DNA of 64,000 nucleotides from Phyllobates terribilis (lineage: Eukaryota): contig NW_027362762.1 of NCBI RefSeq assembly GCF_046119375.1, positions 109,802,001 to 109,866,000 on the forward strand, in the 5' to 3' direction. This document shows, in pieces, positions 23,810 to 35,652 of the stretch. Both the position numbers and the translations under genes were made by a program. Under the pieces are notes generated by a model that saw nothing but the letters and a program-made list of their open reading frames with translations, had not been told where the DNA came from and searched no databases. Numbering within the stretch: the first letter of the stretch is position 1; the number at the start of each line of letters is the position of its first letter.

Positions 23810-26520
23810 GTAGCAGAAGGTACAAGAAAGCTGAGGAACTACCGAGGACCAGCTGACGGTACTGGAACCCGGATGGATAGCAGAAGGTACAAGAGCCAAT
23901 GGAACTACCGAGGACCAGCTGATGTTACTGGAACTCGGTTACTAAGCAGGAGGTACCTGTGCCAGAAAGCACTACCAAGGACCAGCAGACGTTGGTGGAA
24001 CTTGGATACCGAGAAGGAGGCACCTAATCCAAAGGCACTGCCGAGAACCAGCTGACGGTACTGGAACCCGGATGGGTAGCAGAAGGTACAAGAGCCAATG
24101 GAACTACCGAGGACCAGCTGATGTTACTGGAACCCGGATGGGTAGCAGAAGGTACAAGAGCCAATGGAACTACCGAGGACCAGCTGATGTTACTGGAACT
24201 CGGTTACTAAGCAGGAGGTACCTGTGCCAGAAAGCACTACCAAGGACCAGCAGACGGTGGAACTTGGATACCGAGAAGGAGGCACCTAATCCAAAGGCAC
24301 TGCCGAGAACCAGCTGACGGTACTGGAACCCGGATGGGTAGCAGAAGGTACCCATGTAAAAAAAAAGTTCAAGGCCGCGAGCCGGCCGCAGTTACCAAAA
24401 CCCACAGTCCTACAGAGGGTGCTTGTCCTATTGGCACTATGGAACCAGCCTTCATTGCCAGATCCCGCAGCCCACATAGGAGTCACCTAAACTGCAGGCA
24501 CCATAGAGTCGGCTAACCCGACCGCAACACGACAGGACAACGCATTGGAGGCAAAGTGACGTTGACACTACCCGGAAACAGCTGGCGTGCTGGAACCAGG
24601 CTGGGCAGGAGGGAGTACCCGTGCCAAAGACACTGCCGAGAACCAGCTGACGGTACTGGAACCCGGATGGGTAGCAGAAGATACAAGAGCAAATGGAACT
24701 ACCGAGGACCAGCTGACGGTACTGGAACCCGGATGGGTAGCAGAAGGTACAAGAGCCAATGGAACTACCGAGGACCAGCTGATGTTACTGGAACTCGGTT
24801 ACTAAGCAGGAGGTACCTGTGCCAGAAAGCACTACCAAGGACCAGCAGACGTTGGTGGAACTTGGATACCGAGAAGGAGGCACCTAATCCAAAGGCACTG
24901 CCGAGAACCAGCTGACGGTACTGGAACCCGGATGGGTAGCAGAAGGTACCCATGTAAAAAAAAAGTTCAAGGCCGCGAGCCGGCCGCAGTTACCAAAACC
25001 CACAGTCCTACAGAGGGTGCTTGTCCTATTGGCACTATGGAACCAGCCTTCATTGCCAGATCCCGCAGCCCACATAGGAGTCACCTAAACTGCAGGCACC
25101 ATAGAGTCGGCTAACCCGACCGCAACACGACAGGACAACGCATTGGAGGCAAAGTGACGTTGACACTACCCAGAAACAGCTGGCGTGCTGGAACCAGGCT
25201 GGGCAGGAGGGAGTACCCGTGCCAAAGACACTGCCGAGAACCAGCTGACGGTACTGGAACCCGGATGGGTAGCAGAAGATACAAGAGCAAATGGAACTAC
25301 CGAGGACCAGCTGACGGTACTGGAACCCGGATGGGTAGCAGAAGGTACAAGAGCCAATGGAACTACCGAGGACCAGCTGATGTTACTGGAACTCGGTTAC
25401 TAAGCAGGAGGTACCTGTGCCAGAAAGCACTACCAAGGACCAGCAGACGTTGGTGGAACTTGGATACCGAGAAGGAGGCACCTAATCCAAAGGCACTGCC
25501 GAGAACCAGCTGACGGTACTGGAACCCGGATGGGTAGCAGAAGATACAAGAGCAAATGGAACTACCGAGGACCAGCTGACGGTACTGGAACCCGGATGGG
25601 TAGCAGAAGGTACAAGAGCCAATGGAACTACCGAGGACCAGCTGATGTTACTGGAACTCGGTTACTAAGCAGGAGGTACCTGTGCCAGAAAGCACTACCA
25701 AGGACCAGCAGACGTTGGTGGAACTTGGATACCGAGAAGGAGGCACCTAATCCAAAGGCACTGCCGAGAACCAGCTGACGGTACTGGAACCCGGATGGGT
25801 AGCAGAAGATACAAGAGCAAATGGAACTACCGAGGACCAGCTGACGGTACTGGAACCCGGATGGGTAGCAGAAGATACAAGAGCAAATGGAACTACCGAG
25901 GACCAGCTGACGGTACTGGAACCCGGATGGGTAGCAGAAGGTACAAGAGCCAATGGAACTACCGAGGACCAGCTGATGTTACTGGAACTCGGTTACTAAG
26001 CAGGAGGTACCTGTGCCAGAAAGCACTACCAAGGACCAGCAGACGTTGGTGGAACTTGGATACCGAGAAGGAGGCACCTAATCCAAAGGCACTGCCGAGA
26101 ACCAGCTGACGGTACTGGAACCCGGATGGGTAGCAGAAGGTACCCATGTAAAAAAAAAGTTCAAGGCCGCGAGCCGGCCGCAGTTACCAAAACCCACAGT
26201 CCTACAGAGGGTGCTTGTCCTATTGGCACTATGGAACCAGCCTTCATTGCCAGATCCCGCAGCCCACATAGGAGTCACCTAAACTGCAGGCACCATAGAG
26301 TCGGCTAACCCGACCGCAACACGACAGGACAACGCATTGGAGGCAAAGTGACGTTGACACTACCCGGAAACAGCTGGCGTGCTGGAACCAGGCTGGGCAG
26401 GAGGGAGTACCCGTGCCAAAGACACTGCCGAGAACCAGCTGACGGTACTGGAACCCGGATGGGTAGCAGAAGGTACAAGAGCCAATGGAACTGCCGAGAA
26501 CCAGCTGGCGGTGCTGGAGC
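23810..26520. repeat. 60-bp-based array with ~598-bp higher-order repeats within the hAT
   Basis: Core gaggaccagctgacggtactggaacccggatgggtagcagaagg; identical ORF blocks recur at 24334 and 24932 (598 bp apart) and at 26126. Confidence 0.9.
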
Positions 26521-28765
26521 CCAGGGTAAATACTAAAAACAGAAGAGCCAGAGGTGTATTTGGAGGAGGTTTTAAATCCGTACTACAGTGGATGTGGACA
26601 AAGCAGGAGAATTTGCCGGACACACAGCTGGGGATCAGCTGACGTTACTGAATCCCAATAACACTGGAGCAAGCGTTGACTGTGCAGACGGCACTTCTGA
26701 GCAGCAACTAGCGGTATTGGAGCCCAGGGTAAATACTAAAAACGGAGGAGCCAGAGGTGTAATTGGAGCAAGTTTTAAATAAGTAGCACAGTGAATATGG
26801 ACAGAGCAGGAGAAATTGCCGTGAACACAGCAGGGGAACAGCTGACGTTACCGAACCCCAATAACACCGCAGCAAGTGTTGACTGTGCAGACGGCACTTC
26901 CGAGCGCCAACTGGCGGTGCTGGAGCCCAGGGATAAGAATGAAAACAGAGGAGCCAGAGGTGTAATTGGAGCAACTTTAAAATCTGTAGTAGTGAGAATG
27001 TGGACAGAGCAGGAGAAATTGCCATCCGCACAGCAGGGGAACAGCTGACGTTACTGAACCCCAATAACATGGTAGCAAGTGTTGACTGTGCAGACAGCAC
27101 TTCCGAGCGCCAACTGGCGGTGCTGGAGCCCAGGGATAAGAATGAAAACAGAGGAGCCAGAGGTGTAATTGGAGCAACTTTAAAATCTGTAGTAGTGAGA
27201 ATGTGGACAGAGCAGGAGAAATTGCCGTCCGCACAGCAGGGGAACAGCTGACGTTACTGAACCCCAATAACACGGCAGCAAGTGTTGACTGTGCAGACAG
27301 CACTTCCGAGCGCCAACTGGCGGTGTTGGAGCCCAGGGTAAATACTAAAAACGGAGGAGCCAGAGGTGTAATTGGAGCAAGTTTTAAATAAGTAGCACAG
27401 TGAATATGGACAGAGCAGGAGAAATTGCCGTGAACACAGCAGGGGAACAGCTGACGTTACTGAACCCCAATAACATGGTAGCAAGTGTTGACTGTGCAGA
27501 CGGCACTTCCGAGCGCCAACTGGCGGTGCTGGAGCCCAGGGATAAGAATGAAAACAGAGGAGCCAGAGGTGTAATTCGAGCAACTTTAAAATGTGTAGTA
27601 CAGTGGATGTGGACAAAGCAGGAGAAATTGCCGTCCGCACAGCAGGAGAACAGCTGACGTTACTGAACCCCAATAACACGGCAGCAAGTGTTGACTGTGC
27701 AGACGGCACTTCCGAGCGCCAACTGGCGGTGCTGGAGCCCAGGGATAAGAATGAAAACAGAGGAGCCAGAGGTGTAATTCGAGCAACTTTAAAATGTGTA
27801 GTACAGTGGATTTGGACAAAGCAGGAGAAATTGCCGTCCGCACAGCAGGAGAACAGCTGACGTTACTGAACCCCAATAACACGGCAGCAAGTGTTGACTG
27901 TGCAGACGGCACTTCCGTGCGCCAACTGGCGGTGTTGGAGCTCAGGGATAATACTGAAAACAGAGGAGCCAGAGGTGTAATTGGAGCAACTTTAAAATCT
28001 GTAGTAGTGAGAATGTGGACAGAGCAGGAGAAATTGCCGTCCGCACAGCAGGGGAACAGCTGACGTTACTGAACCCCAATAACACGGCAGCAAGTGTTGA
28101 CTGTGCAGACGGCACTTCCGAGCGCCAACTGGCGGTGCTGGAGCCCAGGGATAAGAATGAAAACAGAGGAGCCAGAGGTGTAATTCGAGCAACTTTAAAA
28201 TGTGTAGTACAGTGGATTTGGACAAAGCAGGAGAAATTGCCGTCCGCACAGCAGGAGAACAGCTGACGTTACTGAACCCCAATAACACGGCAGCAAGTGT
28301 TGACTGTGCAGACGGCACTTCCGTGCGCCAACTGGCGGTGTTGGAGCTCAGGGATAATACTGAAAACAGAGGAGCCAGAGGTGTAATTGGAGCAACTTTA
28401 AAATCTGTAGTAGTGAGAATGTGGACAGAGCAGGAGAAATTGCCGTCCGCACAGCAGGGGAACAGCTGACGTTACTGAACCCCAATAACATGGTAGCAAG
28501 TGTTGACTGTGCAGACAGCACTTCCGAGCGCCAACTGGCGGTGCTGGAGCCCAGGGATAAGAATGAAAACAGAGGAGCCAGAGGAGTAATTGGAGCAACT
28601 TTAAAATGTGTAGTACAGTGGATGTGGACAAATCAGGAGAAATTGCCGTCCGCACAGCAGGAGAACAGCTGACGTTACTGAACCCCAATAACACGGCAGC
28701 AAGTGTTGACTGTGCAGACGGCACTTCCGAGCGCCAACTGGCGGTGTTGGAGCTCAGGGATTACA
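26500..28765. repeat. ~203-bp tandem array (~11 copies) within the hAT, ending ~60 bp from the transposase stop
   Basis: ORF starts recur 203 bp apart (27000/27203, 27591/27794); unit contains cagctgacgttactgaacccc and gagcccagggataagaatg. Confidence 0.92.
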
Positions 28766-28825
28766 GTTCAGGTGGTAGAAACATGAACAGAACAGGAGAC
28801 CTGGATACTGTTGCCAACCAATTAT

Positions 28826-31800
28826 TTATTCTGGAAGAGGACTGGCAAATTCATGAGAGATCCAGGCCTTGTTCATTTTGAGAAAAGTAAGCCGGTCAAC
28901 GTTATCGGAGGATAGTCGCATGCGACGGTCTGTTAGTACACCACCTGCGGCACTAAAGACGCGTTCCGATAATACACTAGCAGCAGGGCAAGCTAGCACC
29001 TCCAGTGCATACTGACTAAGCTCTGGCCATGTATCCAGCTTACAGACCCAAAACTTGAAGGGAGAAGAGCCGTCTGGGAGTACACTAAGAGGGCAAGACA
29101 TGTAGTCTGTCACCATCTGACGGAAACGTTGCCTCCTGCTGACTGGAGCTGTCTGTGATGGTGTAGACATTTGTGGCGGCGGGGACACAAAACTTTGCCA
29201 CATTTCGGCCATACTGGTCTTGCCTTGTGCTGAGGCGCTGCTTCTGCTCCCTCTTTGTGCAGAGCTTCCTCCACTGCCTCGACGCACTGAGATGCTTTGT
29301 AAAGCACTAGCAGCACTGCTCTCGGTTGGAATGGAGAACATGATGGAATGCACCAGTGCGTCTTGGTACTCCCGCATTTTACGCTCCCGGTTCAATGGTG
29401 TTATGAGGCTTTGTAAGTTGTCCCGGTAGCGAGGATCTAGGAGGGTGGACACCCAATAATCAGCCGTGTTGAGAATGTGGGCGATGCGGCGGTCGTTTCT
29501 GAGGCACTGCAGCATGAAATCAACCATGTGCTGCAGACTGCCAACTGGCCAAGAAACGCTGTCCCCTGCTTGAGGCGTGATCTCTGCCTGCTCTGCATCA
29601 CCCCACCCTCGCTCTAGATACTGACTACTAGAGCATTGTGTACCTCCCTCCTCTGGACAGATGTCTTCCTCATCCATTGACTCCTCCTCATCCTCCTCAC
29701 AAAGTGTCCCCTGCCTAGGCCTTTGTGAGGAACCACATTGCGCAGACTGTAGAGAAGCAGATGGCATTTGTGACTCCTCATCCTCCACCTCTTCCAAAAC
29801 CTCGTCCCTTAGTGCTTGCAGTGTTTTTTCAAGCAGGCAGATAAGGGGGATAGTCATGCTGACTAGTGCATCATCTGCACTCGCCATCCGCGTGGAATAA
29901 TCGAAGGCACGCAAAACGTGGCAAATGTCCTTCATAGAGGCCCACTCAGTGGTGGTGAAGTGTGAACGGCGCGCACTGCGACTTGTTTGCGCCTGCTGCA
30001 GCTGGTACTCCATTACTGCTGCCTGCTGCTCACACAACCTCTCCAACATATGTAACGTTGAATTCCACCTGGTGGGTAGGTCACATATGATGCGATGTTC
30101 CGGAAGACATAATCGGCGCTGCAGAGCTGCAATGCGTGATCTTGCATTGCTGGAACGCCGCAAGTGAGCGCACTCTATGCGGACCTTGTGAAGCAGTGCA
30201 TCAAGATCCGGATAGTCCCTCAAAAAACTCTGCACGACCAAGTTGAGCACATGTGCCAGACATGGGATGTGAGTGAGGTTGCCTAGGCCCAGAGCTGCCA
30301 CCAGATTTCGGCCATTGTCACACACTACCATGCCTGGCTGGAGATTCGCTGGCACAAACCACACGTCACTCTGCTGCTTGATGGCATTCCAGAGCTCCTG
30401 CGCTGTGTGGCTTCGATTCCCCAAAGAAATTAATTTTAATACGGCCTGTTGACGTTTGGCCACGGCTGTGCTCATATCGGTCATCATAACAGGTAACCGT
30501 TCACGGGTCGATGTGGAGGTAGACCGTGACGGCTCCTGCAGCGCTGATTCAGAGGAACTGGAGTATGAGGAGGAGTCAATGTGTACAGACTGGATTCCTG
30601 CAATCCTTGGAGTTGGCAGAACACGTACAGCGCCACTCTCAAGATCTGTACCCGGCTCCACAACATTTACCCAATGGGCAGTGAGGGAAAGGTATCGTCC
30701 CTGTCCATGCTTACTGGTCCACGCATCAGTGGTCAGGTGGACCTTGCTACTGACGGCGTTTTGTAGCGCATGTTTAATTTTTCCCTCCACATGATGTTGC
30801 AGGGCAGGGACGGCTTGCCTGCTGAAATAAAAGCGGCTGGGCACGTTGTATTGTGGGACTGCCAATGCCATAAAGTTACGGAATGTGTCAGTCTCCACCA
30901 GCCTGAATGATAGCATTTCAAGGGCCAGTAGTTTAGCAATGCCAGCATTCAGAGCCTGTGCTCGGGGGTGGTTTGCCGAGTATGGGCGCCTTTTCTCCCA
31001 TGCCTGTGCTAACGATGGCTGTAGACTGGCCTGGGAGTGTGAGGATGACTGGGAAAGTGGTGCTGTGGGTGGAATTACACTGTGTCTCTGTACAACAGTG
31101 CCAGAGATTCTTCCATGGCGATCCTGTGAGGAAGCCGAACCAGCTGTGTGTGAGCTGGAGGAAGAGGCTACAACACGAGCTGAAGAGGTGGTAGGTGGCG
31201 CTGTAGGTTGGCCTAGGTCTTCAGTGTGTTTGTGTAACTCCACCACGTGCTTGGTCCGCACATGTTTCCACATATTTGTGGTATTGAGGTTGCTGACACT
31301 TTTCCCTCTTTTCACCTTCTGATTACACAGCTTGCATTTGACAAAGCAAATGTCATCTGCAACTGTGTCAAAAAAGGACCAGGCACTGCAAGTCTTGGGA
31401 GCGCCCGCTTTGGATTTTGGAAGAGCCATGCTCCTAATGGGTGCCGAAGTGGAGGCTACAGGCAACCAAGTCTGCCCCCTCCCTCTCCCTCCTTTTTGGG
31501 CCGTTCGGGGAATCTCTTCCTCAGAGCTGCTCCCACCACCTTCCTGTCCCTCACGCCATGATGGGTCAAGGACCTCATCATCTACACCACCCTCTTCAAA
31601 CAACTGCTTCTCCTGGGTAGTCTCGACAGCACAGTACGCACCAGAAAGTGGCACCTGAGTCTCATCATCAGATGCGTACTGAGGTGTGCTGCTGACCATA
31701 GGCACTGGCCCACCCGCCTCTTCAGATTCAGAGAGACAAAACGGTTGCGCATCACTGCATACTACCTCTTCTTCAAATTCTCGAATTCTGCTTGGCTGGC

Positions 31801-32218
31801 CCCCTCTTTCCAAGCCAAGAGATTCAGAGAACAGAAGTAGAGATGGCTCCTGTCCAGGGCTCTCTGACTGCCTGGGCAATTTGGCAGGTGGTGAAGAGAC
31901 AGATGGGTGCTCTTCAGTGCTCAGGACCTGAGAGGATCTGGAACTAATTGAAGTCGATGCGTTAGCTGCCATCCATCCGACAACGGCTTCAATTTGGTCC
32001 TCGCGCAGCAGTGGGGTACGGCTAGCTCCTACAAAGCTGCGCATAAAGGACTGTTCCCTGGTAAAACTGGGGGATGCTGAGTCACTGGTGCCCGCAGCAG
32101 GCACAGAATCCCCACGTCCTCTCCCTGCAGGCACAGAATCCTCACGTCCTCTCCCTGCAGAAACTCCACGCCCACGCCCACGACCACGACCACATGCCTT
32201 ACTCCCTGCCTTCTTCAT
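28826..32218 (-). CDS. hAT transposase, 1130 aa (BED zinc finger, RNase H-like DDE, hATC dimerisation domain)
   Basis: Intact ORF; BED AWSFF..CKLC..MWKHVRTKH; LTTDAWTS (D), VCDNGRN (D), CLAHVLNL (CxxH), TRWNST, SERVFSAAG (E). Confidence 0.96.
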   Translation of the reverse strand: MKKAGSKACGRGRGRGRGVSAGRGREDSVPAGRGRGDSVPAAGTSDSASPSFTREQSFMRSFVGASRTPLLREDQIEAVVGWMAANASTSISSRSSQVLSTEEHPSVSSPPAKLPRQSESPGQEPSLLLFSESLGLERGGQPSRIREFEEEVVCSDAQPFCLSESEEAGGPVPMVSSTPQYASDDETQVPLSGAYCAVETTQEKQLFEEGGVDDEVLDPSWREGQEGGGSSSEEEIPRTAQKGGRGRGQTWLPVASTSAPIRSMALPKSKAGAPKTCSAWSFFDTVADDICFVKCKLCNQKVKRGKSVSNLNTTNMWKHVRTKHVVELHKHTEDLGQPTAPPTTSSARVVASSSSSHTAGSASSQDRHGRISGTVVQRHSVIPPTAPLSQSSSHSQASLQPSLAQAWEKRRPYSANHPRAQALNAGIAKLLALEMLSFRLVETDTFRNFMALAVPQYNVPSRFYFSRQAVPALQHHVEGKIKHALQNAVSSKVHLTTDAWTSKHGQGRYLSLTAHWVNVVEPGTDLESGAVRVLPTPRIAGIQSVHIDSSSYSSSSESALQEPSRSTSTSTRERLPVMMTDMSTAVAKRQQAVLKLISLGNRSHTAQELWNAIKQQSDVWFVPANLQPGMVVCDNGRNLVAALGLGNLTHIPCLAHVLNLVVQSFLRDYPDLDALLHKVRIECAHLRRSSNARSRIAALQRRLCLPEHRIICDLPTRWNSTLHMLERLCEQQAAVMEYQLQQAQTSRSARRSHFTTTEWASMKDICHVLRAFDYSTRMASADDALVSMTIPLICLLEKTLQALRDEVLEEVEDEESQMPSASLQSAQCGSSQRPRQGTLCEEDEEESMDEEDICPEEGGTQCSSSQYLERGWGDAEQAEITPQAGDSVSWPVGSLQHMVDFMLQCLRNDRRIAHILNTADYWVSTLLDPRYRDNLQSLITPLNRERKMREYQDALVHSIMFSIPTESSAASALQSISVRRGSGGSSAQRGSRSSASAQGKTSMAEMWQSFVSPPPQMSTPSQTAPVSRRQRFRQMVTDYMSCPLSVLPDGSSPFKFWVCKLDTWPELSQYALEVLACPAASVLSERVFSAAGGVLTDRRMRLSSDNVDRLTFLKMNKAWISHEFASPLPE

Positions 32219-32573
32219 CTTGGTAGACTGATAAAGATAGGCAGAAAAGTACTAAGGGCTTAGTGTGCTTATTCCTGAACAGCTGCTAACAGGTATAAGA
32301 AACACTAATTTTATAAAGTGTGGACTAGACTTTAATATGAGCTAATGTGGCCTACACAACTGTAAAGTGGAGTGTTTGGTGAACTTTATTTAGGTTTTTT
32401 TTGTCACAAAAAGACACTGGATGTGCCTAAAGATGTAATAACGATAGTATCACAAACTTTTTGTAGCTATTACAATGTAGGAAGGTAACCTACAATGCAA
32501 TAGATGAGGCTGCAAAAAATAGGCTAATACTAATCTGGCTGGGGCTGCAGGGCCCAATGCTGCAGAAAGGCTC

Positions 32574-33610
32574 CTCTATCTACTCCTATATAGTGTGTTT
32601 GGAATCAATTTAGCTGAATATGGATGGAACCACCACACTAATAGGAGATATCAGGAAAAATTATGAATTGGCAATAAAGGACAATGTATGAGGCAGTGAC
32701 ACACACTGAGTGCACTACAACCAGACGGGGTTGAAGCACACACTACAGGGTGAGCTGCACTCACACACCAGACCTTGCAGACAGCGGTGAACAGTACAGA
32801 TGCAGAGCACTGTGCACTAGTGCTGCAAGACGGAAAAAAAATTCTCTATCTACTCCTATATAGTGTGTTTGGAACCAATTTAGCTGAATACAGATGGAAC
32901 CACCACACTAATAGGAGATATCAGGAAAAATTATGAATTGGCAATAAAGGACAATGTATGAGGCAGTGACACACACTGAGTGCACTACAACCAGACGGGG
33001 TTGAAGCACACACTACAGGGTGAGCTGCACTCACACACCAGACCTTGCAGACAGCGGTGAACAGTACAGATGCAGAGCACTGTGCACTAGTGCTGCAAGA
33101 CGGAAAAAAATTTCTCTATCTACTCCTATATAGTGTGTTTGGAACCAATTTAGCTGAATACAGATGGAACCACCACACTAATAGGAGATATCAGGAAAAA
33201 TTATGAATTGGCAATAAAGGACAATGTATGAGGCAGTGACACACACTGAGTGCACTACAACCAGACGGGGTTGAAGCACACACTACAGGGTGAGCTGCAC
33301 TCACACACCAGACCTTGCAGACAGCGGTGAACAGTACAGATGCAGAGCACTGTGCACTAGTGCTGCAAGACGGAAAAAAATTTCTCTATCTACTCCTATA
33401 TAGTGTGTTTGGAACCAATTTAGCTGAATACAGATGGAACCACCACACTAATAGGAGATATCAGGAAAAATTATGAATTGGCAAAAAAGGACAATGTATG
33501 AGGCAGTGACACACACTGAGTGCACTACAACCAGACTTGGCTGAAGCACACACTACAGGGTGAGCTGCACTCACACACACAGACCTTGCAGATAGCGGTG
33601 AACAGCACAG
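32574..33610. repeat. 270-bp tandem repeat (~3.8 copies) upstream of the hAT transposase
   Basis: ctctatctactcctatatagtgtgtttgga recurs at 32574, 32844, 33114, 33384. Confidence 0.92.
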
Positions 33611-34438
33611 GGAACTGTGCACTAGCACTGCAAGGCACAGTGATTTAGAAAGTAGCTTGGGTAAAGCAGTATAGAGCAAATAGGTAGCTAAAACTGTCCC
33701 TCAGAACAACAGCGTCCTATCCCTAACTGAATTCACAGCAGAGTGAGCTCAAAATGGCGGCGGTGGCTTTTATAGTGCATCATGACATCATTTCAGCAGC
33801 CAATCACAGCCATGCCATTAGTTAAGATGCCTACATGCCTAACAGGATGTGCCCACACTTCTTAGGATCCTCATTGGCTGAATAAAATGAAAATGGCTCA
33901 TTGCATTATGGGAACTTCCGATTCCGGTATACGATATTGCAATAGTATCGGAATTAAGTATCGGAATTCCGATACCGCGAATATCGGCCGATACCCGATA
34001 TTTCAGTATCGGAATGCTCAACACTACCTACTACATATTGGGCAAGGATCTTGGAGATGGGATTACCCCTTCAACATAAAAACTTGGTCTAAAATGTTTG
34101 GACAACCCCTTTAACAAAAAAAAAATCTGTATCCCAGGCATACTGACAGGGTAGGTTATCAATAGCAGATTGGTGAGAGTCGGGAGCCCCATCTAATCAG
34201 CTGGTATTTGGGCAGTGGATGTATGTGAATCCTTTGGGTCAGATACATTGTTCACACAGGTCTTGATGAGGAGATGGGCTAAAGGTGTAAGCCATTGATC
34301 TGCCATTGATGCCCTAATCTGTAGATATCTCTTCAATATTGTATACCTGATAAGCCCTATAATTTTCCATTTCACTGTATTTAAAAAAAATTAATTACAT
34401 TTTCACACTTGGGTTTTAACAAAAAAAAATTGATTTAA

Positions 34439-34940
34439 AGGGAACTTGTCATCAGATTTGTGCTGTGCTAACCATGAGCCTGGCTGCCAGGTATGTTTCA
34501 CTATGAAACGTGCATCTTTTCAGAGAGCATAGTTTGAAGATCCATCTGGGGATTATTAGGAGCGATCGTACTATCCGGTGCAGTGCCCTGCCGGCTTCTC
34601 CCTCTTCTCTCCCTGCCCTGCCGGCTTCTCTTTCTGCCCCGTCGGCTTCTCCCTCTTCTCTTTCTGCCCCGCCGACTTCTCCCTCTTCTCTTTCTGCCCC
34701 GCCGACTTCTCCCTCTTCTCTTTCTGCCCCGCCGGCTTCTCCCTCTTCTGTTTCTGCCCCGCCGGCTTCTCTCTGCCCCTCTCCAGTTCACTGCCATGTG
34801 TCTCTACATTTATAAAGAGACCTGACATGAACTGGAGTAGCTGCTCGAGCGCTGCATCGGACTAGTCCAATTTTTCCCAGCCAGGCTCCGATCCATGCTG
34901 CCTGCGGTTTGGACAGCATAAATCAAATGACAGGTTCCCT
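34439..34940. mobile_element. T2-type MITE with internal pyrimidine-rich 30-bp repeats
   Basis: TTAA|AGGGAACTTGTCAT ... ATGACAGGTTCCCT|TTAA. Confidence 0.82.
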
Positions 34941-35589
34941 TTAAAGAATAGGTAATTTTATTTAAGTGCTTATGAGCGTTATCGAGATACTACTCGTGCA
35001 TTTCCTAAATACAATACTTTACGTACGGGCAGCAGCTGCTTCTGGACATCTCCTTTTCATCGCAGTTTCCCACGGCTGATATGTGGCCGATATGTTACTT
35101 CATTTGGTCGATTTTAAAGGAGTTTTCAATTTTATATATTTTTTTTACATGTCTTTCAGTTTGCTGCTGTTACATATGATCTCCATGTTGGTCACAGCCT
35201 TCTGCTGGTCCGCCTTTATTCTCTAGTGTTTCGCAGGTCCCAGTGGTGATATCACAACTACAGCGCATGTGACCTCTGCAAACAATCCAATGACTTTGTG
35301 GCTTTGCCGATGTAAATGGCACAAACAGCCGAGCCCAATGCGTGGTTAATATGGTCCTGTTCACTGTAGTCTGTAGTTGCTGGAGTAAAGGGTAGGCAAA
35401 CAATGCTGAGCTTATTTTTTTTACATGAACCGTTTGATGGGGTGTTAAATACCTGATTGCTTATGTTTTAAATAATAAACTCGCAAATTCTCTCTCAAGC
35501 GAGGACTAGAACTTCAGCTTCACCTATTGGGGGTAGCAAACCTAAAAGTCTATATCGACCGTTGCCACATGACTTCGGGAAAAAAACAG

Positions 35590-35652
35590 AATCTCAATTT
35601 GCAGACACGTGTTTCGGTGTGTTGCCCCTCATCAGTGTAAAGCATGAGATCT
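35590..35652 (-). ncRNA. Minimal type I hammerhead ribozyme (Penelope-like/retrozyme type)
   Basis: Minus strand ..atctcatgctttaca CTGATGA gggg caacaca cc GAAA c acgt GTC tgcaaa ttgagat: intact core, short stem II, palindromic ACGT loop on a 2-bp stem III, stem I tttaca/tgcaaa extended by atctca/tgagat. Confidence 0.75.

Larger units (their letters stand above)
22565..34026 (-). mobile_element. Large (11,462 bp) autonomous-looking hAT transposon
   Basis: TIR TAGTGTTGAGC / GCTCAACACTA; perfect 8-bp TSD CCTACTAC (22557-22564, 34027-34034); clustered CCGATA/TATCGG subterminal motifs at both ends. Confidence 0.96.

Noticed and set aside
23768-28881. Many 60-150 aa ORFs repeated in the hAT interior
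   Set aside because: Products of the 60-bp and 203-bp arrays, with frequent stops and frameshifts.
35170-35403. 77-aa ORF in unique-looking sequence, checked as possible alox5ap or other exon
   Set aside because: No match to recalled ALOX5AP; + strand frames after the nearby acceptor contain stops.
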